Source: Camelus dromedarius (lineage: Eukaryota). Taken from it: a stretch of DNA of 64,000 nucleotides. The translations under genes and the position numbers were made by a program. Location: positions 96,164,001 through 96,228,000 of the forward strand of contig NC_087472.1 in assembly GCF_036321535.1 (NCBI RefSeq), given 5' to 3'. Below are positions 12,580 to 25,447 of the stretch, piece after piece. How positions within the stretch are numbered: the stretch's first letter is position 1; each line of letters begins with the position of its first letter. The notes below the pieces were generated by a model. The model did no database searches and was not told the DNA's origin. It saw nothing but the letters and a program-made list of their open reading frames with translations.

Positions 12580-15500
12580 TTTTTTTTTTTAACATTTTTT
12601 TTATTGAGTTATAGTCATTTTACAATGTTGTGTCAAATTCCAGTGTAGAGCACAATTTTTCAGTTATACATGAACATACATATATTCATTGTCACATTAT
12701 TTTTCACTATGAGCTACCACAAGATCTTGTATATATTTCCCTGTGCTATACAGTATGATCTTGTTTATCTATTCTGCATTTTGAAATCCCAGTCTGTCCC
12801 TTCCCACCCTCTGCCCCCTTGGCAACCACAAGTTTGTATTCTATGTCTATGAGTCTATTTCTGTTTTGTATTTATGTTTTGTTTTGTTTTTTAGATTCCA
12901 CATATGAGCGATCTCATATGGTATTTTTCTTTCTCTTTCTGGCTTACTTCACTTAGAATGACATTCTCCAGGAGCATCCATGTTGCTGCAAATGGCGTTA
13001 TGTTGTCGGTTTTTATGGCTGAATAGTATTCCATTGTATAAATATACCACCTCTTCTTTATCCAGTCATCTGTCGATGGGCATTTAGGCTGTTTCCATGT
13101 TTTGGCTATTGTAAATAGTGCTGCTATGAACATTGGGGTGCAGGTGTCATCCTGAAGTAGGGCTCCTTCTGGATAGATGCTCAGGAGTGGGATTCCTGGG
13201 TCATATGGTAAGTCCATTCCTAGTCTTTTGAGGAATCTCCATACTGTTTTCCACAGTGGCTGCACCAACCTGCATTCCCACCAGTAGTGAAGGAGGGTTC
13301 CCTTTTCTCCACAGCCTCTCCAACATTTATTGTTTGTGGACTTTTGAATGATGGCCATTCTGACTGGTGTGAGGTGATACCTCATTGTAGTTTTGATTTG
13401 CATTTCTCTGATAATTAGTGATACTGAGCATTTTTTCATGTGCCTATCGATCATTTGTATTTCTTCCTTGGAGAATTGCTTGTTTAGGTCTTCTGCCCAT
13501 TTTTGGATTGGGTTGTTTGTTTTTTTCTTATTAAGTCGTATGAGCTGCTTATATATTCTGGAGAAGAAGCCTTTGTCAGTTTCATTTGCAAAAATTTTCT
13601 CCCATTCCGTAGGTTGTCTTTTTGTTTTACTTATGGTTTACTTTGCTATGCTGAAGCTTGTAAGTTTCATTAGGTTCCATTTGTTTATTCTTGCTTTTAT
13701 TTCTATTGCTTGAGTTGACTGTTCTAGGAGAACATTTTTGAGATGTATGTCAGATAATGTTTTGCCTCTATTTTCTTCTAGGAGGTTTATTGTATCTTGT
13801 CTTATGTTTAAGCCTTTGATCCACTTTGAGTTTATTTTTGTGTATGGTGTAAGGGAGTGTTCTAGCTTCATTGCTTTACATGCTGCTGTCCAGTTTTCCC
13901 AACACCATTTGCTGAAGAGACTGTCTTTATTCCATTGTATATTCTTGCCTCTTTTGTCGAAGATTAGTTGACCAGAAGTTTGTGGGTTCATTTCTGGGCT
14001 CTCTGTTCTGTTCCATTGGTCCTTACGTCTGTTTTTGTACCAATACCATGCTGTCTTGATGACTGTAGCTCTATAGTATAGTCTGAAGTCCGGAAGAGTT
14101 ATTCCTCCAGCCTCTTTCTTTTTCTTCAGTAATGCTTTGGCAATTCTAGGTCTTTTGTGGTTCCATATAAATTTTATTATGATTTGTTCTAGTTCTGTGA
14201 AATATGTCCTGGGTAATTTGATAGGAATTGCCTTAAATCTGTAGATTGCCTTGGGCAGTATGACCATTTTAACAATATTGATTCTTCCAATCCAGGAGCA
14301 TGGACTATCTTTCCATTTTTTTAAGTCTTTAATTTCCTTAATCAGTGTTTTATAATTTTCCGTGTATAAGTCTTTCACCTCCTTGGTTAGATTTATTCCT
14401 AGGTATTTTATTACTTTGGGTGCTATTTTAAAGGGGATTGTTTCTTTACTTTCTTTTTCTGTTGATTCATCATTAGTGTAAAGAAATGCAACTGATTTTT
14501 GAACATTAATCTTGTAACCTGCTACCTTGCTGAATTCTTCGATTATTTCTAGTAGTTTTTGTGTGGACCTTTTAGGGTTTTCTATATATAGTATCATGTC
14601 ATCTGCATATAGTGACACTTTAACCTCTTCTTTTCCAATTTGGATCCCTTTTATTTCTCTCTCTCGCCTGATTGCTGTGGCTAGGACTTCCAGGACTATG
14701 TTGAATAGGAGTGGTAACAGTGGGCAGCCTTGTCTTGTCCCAGATTTTAGTGGGAAGCTTTTGAGTTTTTCACCGTTGAGTACTATGCTGGCTGTAGGTT
14801 TGTCTTATATAGCTTTTATTATGTTGATATATGTTCCCTCTGTACCCACTTTGGTGAGAGTTTTTGTCATAAATGGTTGTTGAATTTTATCAAATGCTTT
14901 TTCTGCATCGATTGAGATGATCATGTGGTTTTTGTCCTTTCTCTTGTTGATGAGATGTATTACATTGATTGATTTGCATATGTTGAACCACCCTTGTGTC
15001 CCTGGGATGAACCCCACTTGATCATGATGTATAATCTTTTTTATGTGCTGTTGGATTCCATTTGTTCATATTTTGGTAAGAATTTTTGCATCTATATTCA
15101 TCAGTGATACTGGTCTGTAATTCTCTTTTTTGGTGGTCTTTGCCTGGTTTTGGTATCAGGGTGATGGTGGCTTCATAGAATGAGTTTGGGAGTATTCCCT
15201 CCTTTTCAATCTTCTGGAAGAGTTTGAGAAGGACTGGTATGAGTTCTTCTTTGTATGTTTGGTAGAATTCCCTGGACTTTTATTTGTAGGGAGGTTTTTT
15301 ATTGCTATTTCGATTTCATTTCTAGTGATCGGTTTGTTCAAGTGGTCAGTTTCTTCTTGATTCAGTCTTGGTGGACTGTATATTTCCAGAAACTTGTCCA
15401 TCTCTAGGTTATCCATTTTGATTCCATATAGTTTTTCATAATATTCTCATATGATGTTCTGTATTTCTATGTTATTTGTTGTAATTTCTCCATTTTCCTT

Positions 15501-15587
15501 TCTTATTTTGCTTATTTGTGCTCTCTCTTTTTTCTTCTTTGTGTTTGGCCAGAGGTTTGTCGATTTTATTTACTCTTTCAAAAAACC
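12580..15587 (-). mobile_element. Young 5'-truncated L1 (about 3 kb of ORF2 RT/C-terminus + 3'UTR), frame-disrupted
   Basis: Minus ORFs 13638-14618 (YADD RT motif), 12891-13454 (C-terminal cysteine-rich region), 14805-15017, 15156-15416; poly-T at about 12580; near-identical TSD tagctgtagg(g)ttttt at 12569 and 15588. Confidence 0.95.
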
Positions 15588-15774
15588 TAGCTGTAGGTTT
15601 TTTAATAGACACTCTTTACCAAGTCAAGGAAGTTCCTCTCTATTCCTAATTTGCTGAGAGTTTTCATCATAAATGGGTATTGGATTTTATCAAATGCTTC
15701 TTCTACATCTATTGATATGGTCATGTGATTTTTCTTCTTTTGCCTGTTGATGTGCTAGATTACATTAATTAATA

Positions 15775-16066
15775 TTTTATTTTTTATTTTTTGGATTTTT
15801 AAAAATTGAAGTATAGTTAGTGTACAGTATTATATAAGTTACAGGTGTACAACATAGTGATTCACAGTTTTTAAAGGTTATACTGTTTATAGTTATTATA
15901 AAATATTGGCTATATTCCTTGTGTCATACAATATATCCTCATAGCATATTTATTTAATACATAATAGTTTGTATCTCTTAATCCCCTACCTCTGTCTTGC
16001 CCCTCCCAACTTCCCTCTCTAAACTTGTAATGACTAGTTTATTTTCTATATCTGTGTGTCTGTTTA
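15775..16066 (-). mobile_element. Short L1 3'UTR insertion nested in the old L1
   Basis: T-rich tail, then aattgaagtatagttagtgtacag...ggtgtacaacatagtgattcac, typical of an artiodactyl L1 3' end. Confidence 0.7.
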
Positions 16067-17687
16067 CCTGGGATAAATCACACTTGGTCACAGTGAAAAC
16101 ATTTTTTATACATTGTTGGATTTGAGTTTTTAATATTTTGTTTAAGAGTTTTATATCTAGGTTCATGAGAGATACTGGTCTGTAGTTTTCCTTTATTGTA
16201 AGGTGTTAATTTGGTTTTGGTGTTAGGGTAATGTTAGGTTTGGTGTTTGGTGTTAGGGTAATGTTAATTTGGTTTTGGTGTTAGGGTAATGCATTCCCTT
16301 TACTTCCATATTCTGATAGAGATTGTAGAGAATTGGTTTAATTTCTTCCTTAAAAGGTTGGTGAACTTCACCAGTGATCCCATTTGGGCTTGGTGCTTTC
16401 TCTTTTATTGATTGAATTTCTTTAATAGATAAAGGCCTGTTCATAATGTCTGTTTCTCCTAGTGTTAATTTTGGCAGCTTGTGTCTTTCAAGGAATTGGT
16501 CAGTTTCATCTATGTTACCACATTTGTGGCCATAGAGTTGCTCATTTTCCTTTATTATCCTTTTAATGTCCTTGAGATCTGTAGTAATATCCTTTTTCAT
16601 TTCTGATACTAGTCATTTGTATCTTTTCTCTTTTTGCTTTGTTAGCTTGACTTACCAAGTTTATTGATCTTTTCAAAAAACCAGCTTTTGTTTTTACTGA
16701 TTTTCTCTATTCATTCCTGTTTTCAGTTTCATGGTTTTCTGCTCTGATTTTTATGATTTATTTTCTTTTGCTTACTTTGAGTTGAATTTGCTCTTCTTTT
16801 TCTAGTTTACTAAGATGGAAGCTTAGATTGATTTTAGATATTTATTCTTTTCTAATATATGCATTCAATGCTATAAATCTCCCTCTAAACACTATTTTCA
16901 CTATATCCCACAAATTTTGATGAGTTCTGTTTTCATTTTCATTTAGTTCAAAATAGTGAAAAATATTTCTTGATTTATTCTTTGACCCATGTGTTATTTA
17001 GAAGTGTATTGTTTAATCTCCAATTATTTGGGGATTATCCAGCTATTTTTCTATTGTCAATTCCTAGTTTAATTCCATTGTGATCTGAGAGCAGACATTG
17101 TAAGATTTCTGTTCTTTTAAATTTGCTAAGGTATATTTAATGGCCCAGATTGTGGTCTACCTTGGTGAATGCTCCATGTGAGCTTAAGAAGGAGTGTATT
17201 CTGCTGTGGTTGGATGAAGTCATCTGTAGATGTTAATTACATTCAGTTGATTTATGGTGCTGTTGAGTGCACACACGCACACAGACACATACACATAATA
17301 GAATATATTGTTGCTATTATTATTTCGAATATACTGTTATCTGTTAGGTCAATTAAGAGTAAGAGAAATAAAAGTTTTTGTTTTATCTTCACTTGTTCTC
17401 TAATGCTCTTCCTTTTTAAAATGTAGTTCTGAATTTCTGACCTATATCATTTTCATTCTTTCTGAAGAACTTTTTAAAACATTTCTTGCAAGGCAGGTCT
17501 ACTGGAAACAATTCCCTCAATTTTTGTTTGTCTGATGAAGTCTTTATTTCTCCTTCCCTTTTAAATGATAATTTTGTATGGTACAGAATTGGAAGTTGGT
17601 GGGTTTTTTCTCACAACACTTTAAATATTTTACTCCATTCATTTCTTGCTTGCATTGTTTCCTGTAGTGAAGTCCACTGTAATTTTT

Positions 17688-17972
17688 TTTTAATTATGAG
17701 TTGGTTTATTGACTATTGGTATTGAGATTAATGTGTTCTTGACACTTTCTGTTCTCTGCATTCTTTTTTTATTGAAGGATAATCAGTTCACAAATATTGT
17801 GTCAATTTCTGGTGTACAGCATAATGTTTCAGTCATACATATACATACATATATTTGTATTCATAATCTTTTTCATTATAGGCTACTACCAGATATTGAA
17901 TATAGTTCCCTGTGATATACAATAGAAACTTACCATTTATCTATTTTATATATAGTAGTTAGTATCTGCAAA
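17688..17972 (-). mobile_element. L1 3' end with a short 3' transduction
   Basis: TSD cactgtaattttt / caatgtaattttt; two T tails bracket about 70 bp of non-L1 sequence carrying a minus-strand AATAAA. Confidence 0.7.
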
Positions 17973-18900
17973 CAATGTAATTTTTACTCTCGCTCCTCTA
18001 TAGGTAAAGTGATTTTTTTCGTTTATTTTTTTTTTAACCTCTGGCTTCTTTTGAGATTTTTTTCCTTTGGCATTTATCTTTCTTGGTGTTCTCTAACATT
18101 TAAATGAGAAGAGTGAGATGAATTTGTAGATGAATATTTTTGTAGATGAATATGTTACTGCTAGAATGAGATAGGGTTTAACATTGATTTTATTCCTAGT
18201 TTTCTTTGTTACAGATGTAAGTGCTGAAATATTTTGTTCACACAAATATTTAGATGGAAATGGAAGAAGTTTGTTATACTGATGCCACTCAATCTTTGAA
18301 CTCCTGAGTTATTTACCAAATATCACAAAAATAACTTCTTATTGTCATCAAAATAATTGTAATGGTCTATCAAGTGATAATTTATTAAGATCCTCTTTCA
18401 AATTTGTTGTTAGCAATAGATCAGAAATTATCTGACTTGCAAATATGTTTCCAAGCTATTAGAATAATTTGTTTTCTCCCTTTCTAGGAAGTATAACATA
18501 AAGGCTTTACCAAGACTTTTTAATGACTCTTAATTATAACCCTTAATCTTTTACTTGAAAGCAATCTTTTCAACCAGATACACTTACAAAGGGTTGGGGA
18601 AATAGAAATATTGATAACTGCATCGCACCATTGCCAATCCAGTACTTTTTGATAAAATGCATTTGTCATTTTGCTTAAAACTTAAAAAAAAAAACAAACC
18701 TTGGGGCTGCAGTCTTAGCTCACTGAATTTGCAGAAAACAGCATTTAACCTAGAAAGTTGCCATTGTCAAGCCTACTAAAAACCTACGAACTAAAGAAAA
18801 GCCTTTTGAATTCAAGTGTATTAATATATTTCAAGAAGCTTTATTAAAAACCACTGAGAAATAAATTAAAGAATCCATAGTATAAAAACGAATCAGTAAA

Positions 18901-19040
18901 GGGAGAGGAGGGTACTGTTCAGTGGCAGACCACAGCTTAGCATGCATGAGGTCCTGGGTTCAATCCTCAGTACCATCATTAAAAATAAACAAACAAACCT
19001 AATTACCTCTACCTCCCAAAAAACAAACAAAAAAAAGCCC
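18901..19040 (+). mobile_element. tRNA-derived camelid SINE (Vic-1-like)
   Basis: gaggagggtactgttcagtggcag...cttagcatgcatgaggtcctgggttcaatcctcagtacc plus A-rich tail. Confidence 0.8.
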
Positions 19041-21780
19041 CCAAAATTAAAAAGTATTTAAAAATATTAAATAATCAGTCAAGATTTAAATGATGTAGAT
19101 CTAATATAACAAGTTACAATCAGGACAAAAAGTTACAAAAATAAAACAATGTCCTTAATTTATAGTAATGCAATATAATTTATTAAAAAATTATATGATA
19201 TTTATAATAAGAGTAGTGTGATTTTTTTAAAAGGCATTCTTTCTCGAAATATTGGTGTATGTGTGTATTAAACTCTGGTGTTTGGCTTTTGGGAATAATT
19301 AATTAAAATCAAATATAAACATTAGAAATAACTTAATTATCTTTATTAGATAATCTGGTTATACTTTTCCTATGAATTTAAGGATAGAAAAATGTATATA
19401 CTACCAAAAAGTAATTTGGCATAGATATTTATTTTTTGTTATGAGATGGAAAATAATAAACATTTAAAGATGAAATGGGATAAAGATGATCTGTAGGTGA
19501 AATAAATGTGAGTTGATACAGTAGATACATAACTTCCTTTTAAAATAATACATATGAAATCTGGAAAAAATTATATAAATGTTTATCCATGTGTTTATTC
19601 CAATGTATTTTGAAACATGATAATTCCAGAAAAGTATTCCAGTTATATTTCTACAAAGCAGTGGCACCAGCCTATGCAGCTTCGACTTATTGAAGTGATT
19701 TTGAAGTGAGCAGCAGGAAAAATGCTTACTCCTTAACTGCAAGAGAAAAGGCATTTTTAGGATTCAATATAAGTATTGAGAATAGCTGGGAAAATGCTTA
19801 CCCTTCACTACACGAAAAAGCAATTTTTATCACTCAGTATTTCTTTCCAATGCTCCTTTTGCTTTGAATTCCTGGGCCTCATCTGTCAAGATCCTTGTGT
19901 CCTTTGATAGTAGTTGGGAGAAGGAAGAGGTAAAGTTGTTAGATAAAAATTTGCATTTCCCCCACTCTACCATATTTAGTTTCTTATGTCCAACTTCACC
20001 TGTAACAGAAAGGTGTGCAAGAAAGAAAAAGACAGGAAGCCTTCATTGGTTCATGGTGCTTTGCATAGTCATTAAATGAGAGTCCTGTTTGGTTTGGTCT
20101 CAAGATTTAATTCCTTGTCCCTAGCAATGCAGTGTAGTCAGGTTTGGATGATGCCTTTCTTTTGTGAAGTGGAGGAGGGTTGGTTTTGGACACAGAGGCT
20201 TTTTTGGATCAATTAATTTTAGAAAAGTGTACCCTTGGAAGTTGAGGATATGGAAATCGATTCCTTTAAAATTACCAGTGCTTGGAAACACTACCTCTTT
20301 ATGTATCTCCAGGGGTAGTGTACCCGAGTTTGAAGACCATTGCCTTAGACTATCTTTCTTAGGTTTCACAAAAGAACTTACTGGCAGACAATTCCATAGT
20401 GAGGAAAGGTAGGGAGCCCTTTAAACTAGGTATTCTGTGTTGTTGGTTGAAAGGCTGGCTCTCGTTATTATGTGTGTAGTGGGCAAATAAAATGCTTACA
20501 GAGAGCTGAAAGAACCTGCTGCGCTGACTGTGGACCCCCTTACACCTGCAGGTGGCTTTGTTGTAGGAGTTTCTTTGGGTGGAGCAAGGGCTTTGCTCAT
20601 GAAACCACCATGGTCGGGGCAAGTGCACGGACAGGTACGGTTGAAATACTTGGTATTTGGCAGAAACAAATGATTCAAAGACCAGAAGCTGTGACAACTG
20701 GAGGTGCTACAGTCTACTTCCCAACCTTAGGCAATAACAGATACCAAAACTGCCATAATGACATTGTGCATTATGATTATAACACTTGCATTTTTAATTT
20801 TAAAGGATGTAATCAGTAATAACTTAAAAATTTTTTATGCAAGCTTACCCTGTGGGCATTATTTTAGTGAATTGAAACTCTTCACTTGTAAAGCCCTTTT
20901 CCCCCTCTATTTTAATTAAAAAGCTCATGTCATTTAAAAACAAGACAAGAAATTACAATGTGTATCAGGGTTTTCCCCCAGAAATTTAAGGATACGAGTC
21001 ACCACATACTCACTTCTGCCTCACAAGAGGGGAGGAAAAAAATAACAACAATAGAAATGGTATTCCTACTAGAGTAGGCATATATATGTTACTCTGTATG
21101 TGTGGGTTTATCCTCTATTGTATTTTAGTTGAAATTAAATATTCCTCTTAGACTCCATTTTGCCTGACTGGTGGGAAGTTCAGTCTCGGTCCTTGCTGGG
21201 GTTTCTTCACCTCCTTAGAGTCAAACAAGATTCCAAAATGTTGACAGAAACAGAAGAGGGGCTTGCAGTCTGCCGCCCAGCATCGTTTTTGCACTTCCCT
21301 CCTCATCTGAGCCCACAAAATCACTAGGAGGGAGCGAACCCACTGTGCCTGTACAAGGTGAGGCACCTGCGCTCTGTGCCCAGGTGAACCTCAGTGTCCT
21401 CAACCCTCCTGAGGCCCTGCTGCTCATGGGATCTGCAGAACTCTGACCTCTTTGTCCTTTGGAGGAATCTTCTGTCTTTATAGAATTCTCCCAAGGAGCT
21501 CTAGCTTGGGGAAAACAGCAGCCAGACAGACAGACAGGCTGCTTCCAGCAGCTTGCACCTCACAGCTTCTGCGGGGGAGTTTGTACCAAGAAGCTGGCCA
21601 CCTGCTTGGAGTGGGGGCAGGGAAAAGACAGAGCCCAAAACACAAATGAATAAATATCTCCACAAATGGTCCTATATTATTAGGACTATTAATAAATGGC
21701 AAACGTGACTGAGCATGACTCTCTGCTCACACAGATGCTCAAATTTCATTTTTAAAATAATATTTTTTAATCTCTCTTTC

Positions 21781-21850
21781 TGGGGGAAATTATTTTTTAG
21801 TGGAGTTGCTGGGGATTGCATTCAGGACCTCGTGAGCTACAGCCTCCTCC
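21781..21850 (-). mobile_element. Internally deleted Vic-1-like SINE
   Basis: Reverse strand ggaggaggctgtagctcacgaggtcctgaatgcaatccccagc: head joined directly to the B-box region. Confidence 0.5.
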
Positions 21851-22816
21851 TAGATGATCTAATTCAATTCTCCAAACTTTGTCGTGTTTTAAAGACAGAC
21901 ATCTGAGGCTTAGCTTCAGTAACTTTCCCAGTAATAAGTAGCAGAGCAGGGAGATGAACCCAAGTCTGTAGGGCTCCAAAATTCATCCCCTATGTTATGT
22001 TTTCTCTCCTGCGAGGTATTAGTAATATTTCATTTTGAGCACACGGAGCTGCCCACATAGGTTAGCCACAGCGTGGGCTCCCAGACAGCTCAGTGAATTC
22101 ATCCACGGAATGCCACTGTGCAGAGTTCTCCATCTGGTTGTCGGGGTGCAGTTGCCAAGACTCAAGAACAACAGTGCTGCTTTGGGCGTAATTAATGTTT
22201 AGACAATAACTGGCCAGCGTGTTCAGCTGCTTCTTGAGGTCACTCCTGGGATAGGAAAATAGGACCCTGTATTGGCATAAACAGGATGTTTGTTTTCTCT
22301 GTGCTCTGAAGGGAGGCCATTATCTCAGTCATCTTGAAGTTATACCAAATTGCTGAGGTGCAGGTTCAAAAGATGGAGTGGGGAGGATATGGCTCCGCCT
22401 GGTTTTCTGTTGTTTAAAATAGAAAGTTGATGGATATGAAGTCCATTTTTGCTTAATACAATTCTGGGGGTAGTATTTTAATAAAGTTTTTTAGCCTTTC
22501 AAAAATGTAAAGTCTTTTAAGAACACTTAAAAAGCTGTAGATCAATTTTTAAATTGTATAGCTTGGCCCATAAATAATTCCCGTGTATGGAGTCAAAAGC
22601 TAATGCAGCCAGTGGATCAATACATCACACAGTCATTATGGCCCTACTACCCACCCTCCCCTAAGCTGGGCATGATGGGTGATTGAAACACAGGCAGGGC
22701 TCTTTACTCAAAATGTTCATAATATGCTTCAGGGGCTTTCAAATATTGCATGCCTCAGAATCCTCCCTGAAGCTTTTCAAAAATAGAGCTGCCTGGGACC
22801 CACTCCAGACCCACAG

Positions 22817-23139
22817 TCTTAGTCCATTCGGGCTGCTGTAACAAGATACCACAGTCTGGGTAGCTTACAAACAGCAGAAGTTGATTTCTCTCCACTCTGT
22901 CTCCTTCTGGTGAGGGCCCTCTTCCTGACTCATAGCTGGCACCTTCTCACTGTTTTCTTACATGATGAAAGGAGCTAGGAGCTCTCTGGAGCCTCCCTTA
23001 TAAGGGCACTAATCCCACTCATGAGGGCTCCACCCTCATGACCTGAGCACCTCGCAAAGGCCCACCTCCTAATATCATTATCTTTGGGAGTTAAGATTTC
23101 AACATATGAATTTCGGGAGGACACAGTCAGACTGTAGCA
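22817..23139. mobile_element. MaLR (MLT1A-like) solo LTR nested in a MER5-like MITE (about 22730-23235)
   Basis: tcttagtccattcgggctgctgtaacaa...tataagggcactaatccc...catatgaattt; both flanks resemble halves of MER5. Confidence 0.7.
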
Positions 23140-23484
23140 CTGACTGAAGCAAAATCTTGAGGAGAGGGACCTGGACGTGTTTAACAAGCTCCTTAGTTGA
23201 TTCTGATACTTACCAAGGTTTTTGAGCCGGCAGTGTGGTTGATGGTGTTTTGGTAACATAAACCACTACAATGTTTTCTGTGTCACACTGTATTCTATAT
23301 GTGTCTATACAACATCACAGGAAGTATGTACAGGAGATATGCAGGCATGCATGTGGGTATTGAGAGGCACACTAGTCTATTCTTTGCATGTATGTGGTTG
23401 AAATGTACCTGCAGGTAAATAAACATCTATTATTTTAAATCATAGTAAACGTTTATTGGGCATCTATATGTATCAGGCACTGTA

Positions 23485-24235
23485 AATTCACTCAACAAAT
23501 ACTTCTTAAGAGCCTACTATGGACCATCAGAAAATGAAACAGACAAACATCCCTGTCCTCAGGGAGCTAATATTTTAATAGAGAAATATCAACTATAAAT
23601 GAATAAGACAAATGACAGTGAGTGCCATAGCAAGAAGTCAAGTGGGGAGGTGGGGAGGTGATGGGGCCTGCCAGGAGTGGGGGCAGATTCCAGTTTAGAA
23701 GAGGAAGGTCGGGGAAGACTTGAGAGGGGAGAGGGAGTGAGCCCTATGGATACTTGGAGCACAAGCGGTCCAGGTTTGGGGAACAGGCAGTGTAAAGTCC
23801 TGACCTGAGGAGGAGTATTCCTGGTGGCTTCAGGAAACAGCAAAGAGGCCAAGGGCTGGGACACAATGGGAGATGCAGTCAGAGGCAAGGAATGGGTGGA
23901 GGGAGATGTGGGTCTTATAGGGGCCTGTAGGCTGCTGGAGGAGTTTGGCTTTTACTCTGAGGGAGGTGGGAAGTGTTTGGATCCTGGGAATGATATAATC
24001 TGACAGGTTTTAATGGGATCATTCTGGCTGATGAGAACAGGCTGCTGGGGACTGGGTGAGGCTGGAATCTGGAGACTAGTGAGGAAGCCACTGCAGTAAT
24101 CTAAGGTAGACGGTGAATGGGCCGGGAAGGGAGTGTTGAGGCGGTGAGAAGAACGTGGCTTCTGGTGTGCTGGGAAGGAACCAGCAGTTTAGCAATGGTA
24201 TGGATGCAGAGTGTGAGAGCTGCAGGAGGAGGGTT
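23485..24235 (-). mobile_element. L2 LINE fragment
   Basis: cactcaacaaatact...gagcctactat...ggagtttggcttttactctgag...gatcattctggctg...gcagtaatctaaggtaga are characteristic L2 motifs. Confidence 0.7.
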
Positions 24236-24786
24236 TGCAAGGATGCTGTGTGTGGCCGTTGCCTGGACTTACTCTGTGGCCAGTTTTGGATCTAGATGTG
24301 GCTCATGATTTGGCTCCAAGAAAATGACTCTAGTTTGGTTTTTAAAACGTATCTTGTACGCTTAAAATTTGTAAGTTTATTGTATGTACATAATACCTTA
24401 AAGAAAAAAACCTCATCTTCAGGAGCAGCCAGGGTAGTCTGACTGGCCGCAGTGAACAGGTAAACTTGGGAAACGGGGACTGTAGCCACAATGACATCTC
24501 TTGACATGTAGAAAATCTGCTTTTGCCAACAAAAATATATTCTGAGTATGATATTGAAGAATATTTGTTGCTCACTTTACTTCAAAGCACTTCTATGTAA
24601 ATCCTCAAATATTTTCTAAGGCCGATAGTGGAGAATATTATCTTACTTGCAGATTGAGCAGCTTGAGAGCTAGAAAGGACAGGATGTGAGAAGGATGAAT
24701 TCCGCTAGACCAGATCTTCTATTCTGTGACTTTCTCCCCTTGATTGTGTGGTGCAATGTCTAGTGACGACCTCAATCCGGGACCAG

Positions 24787-24788
<2 letters not shown>

Positions 24789-24817
<29 letters not shown>
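24789..24817. repeat. (TG)n microsatellite followed by alternating purine-pyrimidine sequence
   Basis: About 14 TG units, then cacgcgcgcacatgcgcacgtgcatgcatg. Confidence 0.95.
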
Positions 24818-25295
24818 CACGCGCGCACATGCGCACGTGCATGCATGTGAATCACACTTGAGATACTAAGTACAATGATCTTGTAAAGGAATTGGAATCG
24901 ATCAAACCTTCTACCATTTCAGGCCTCTCGGTCTCTCTCCTTGCTCTCCCTTTTCTGTCCATTTTATTTCTGAAGAGTAATTTTCACCGAAGGGTAGGGT
25001 AGGGAAATAAAAAGATGGGCAAGTCACATGAAGTAGTGTGGAGAATAATCTTAATAAAAGCCGTAGTGGAGAATGCAGTTGTAATTAGCACGAAAATGAA
25101 ATTCTCAATTGCCAGTAGATTTCAGCTTGCTTCGCTTTCCTGATCCTTTGTTCCCTTAAAAAACTGAGTTTGATTATGCCTGGCATATAGCAAGGCTGAG
25201 CTCTTTGTCTTGCTGAAGAAGCTGTGTCTGTACTGGGATGGCTGTGAGCAGGGTCTGGGCCAGCTAACAGCCTTTAATGCATTTGCTTGCTTCAG

Positions 25296-25447
25296 TTTGC
25301 AGTGACGACCTCACCCACAAATTCAAAGGTTTCACTGTGATGAACGAAGCAGAGAGATACGAAGCTCTGAGACACTGTCGCTATGTGGATGAAGTCATCA
25401 GAGATGCTCCGTGGACACTCACGCCAGAGTTTCTGGAAAAACATAAG
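25296..25447 (+). CDS. PCYT1B: PCYT1B internal coding exon (likely exon 4)
   Basis: Acceptor ttcag|TTTGC; (V)[50 protein letters not shown]; donor AAG|gtact; 152 bp, phase continues from the previous exon. Confidence 0.97.

Larger units (their letters stand above)
10925..18095 (-). mobile_element. Old degenerate L1 (L1M-type), split by younger L1 insertions
   Basis: ORF2-like translations on the minus strand (11835-12089, 15978-16166, 16253-16600); sequence resumes after each nested insert. Confidence 0.8.
8771..20342 (-). mobile_element. Charlie-type hAT DNA transposon interrupted by nested retroelements
   Basis: TIR-like ends taagggtcttcacact (8771-8786) and agtttgaagaccattg (20327-20342), 13/16 complementary. 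8-bp TSD tcttagac / ccttagac. Minus strand 18272->18153 translates KLLPFPSKYLCEQNISALTSVTKKTRNKINVKPYLILAVT, like the hAT/Buster C-terminal dimerisation domain. Confidence 0.75.

Noticed and set aside
13638..14618. 326-aa reverse-transcriptase ORF as a functional gene
   Set aside because: It is part of a 5'-truncated L1 with stops and frameshifts on both sides.
19718..19840. Diverged direct repeat beginning aaaatgcttac, about 70-bp period
   Set aside because: Only two weak copies, inside the inferred Charlie element; probably internal transposon structure.
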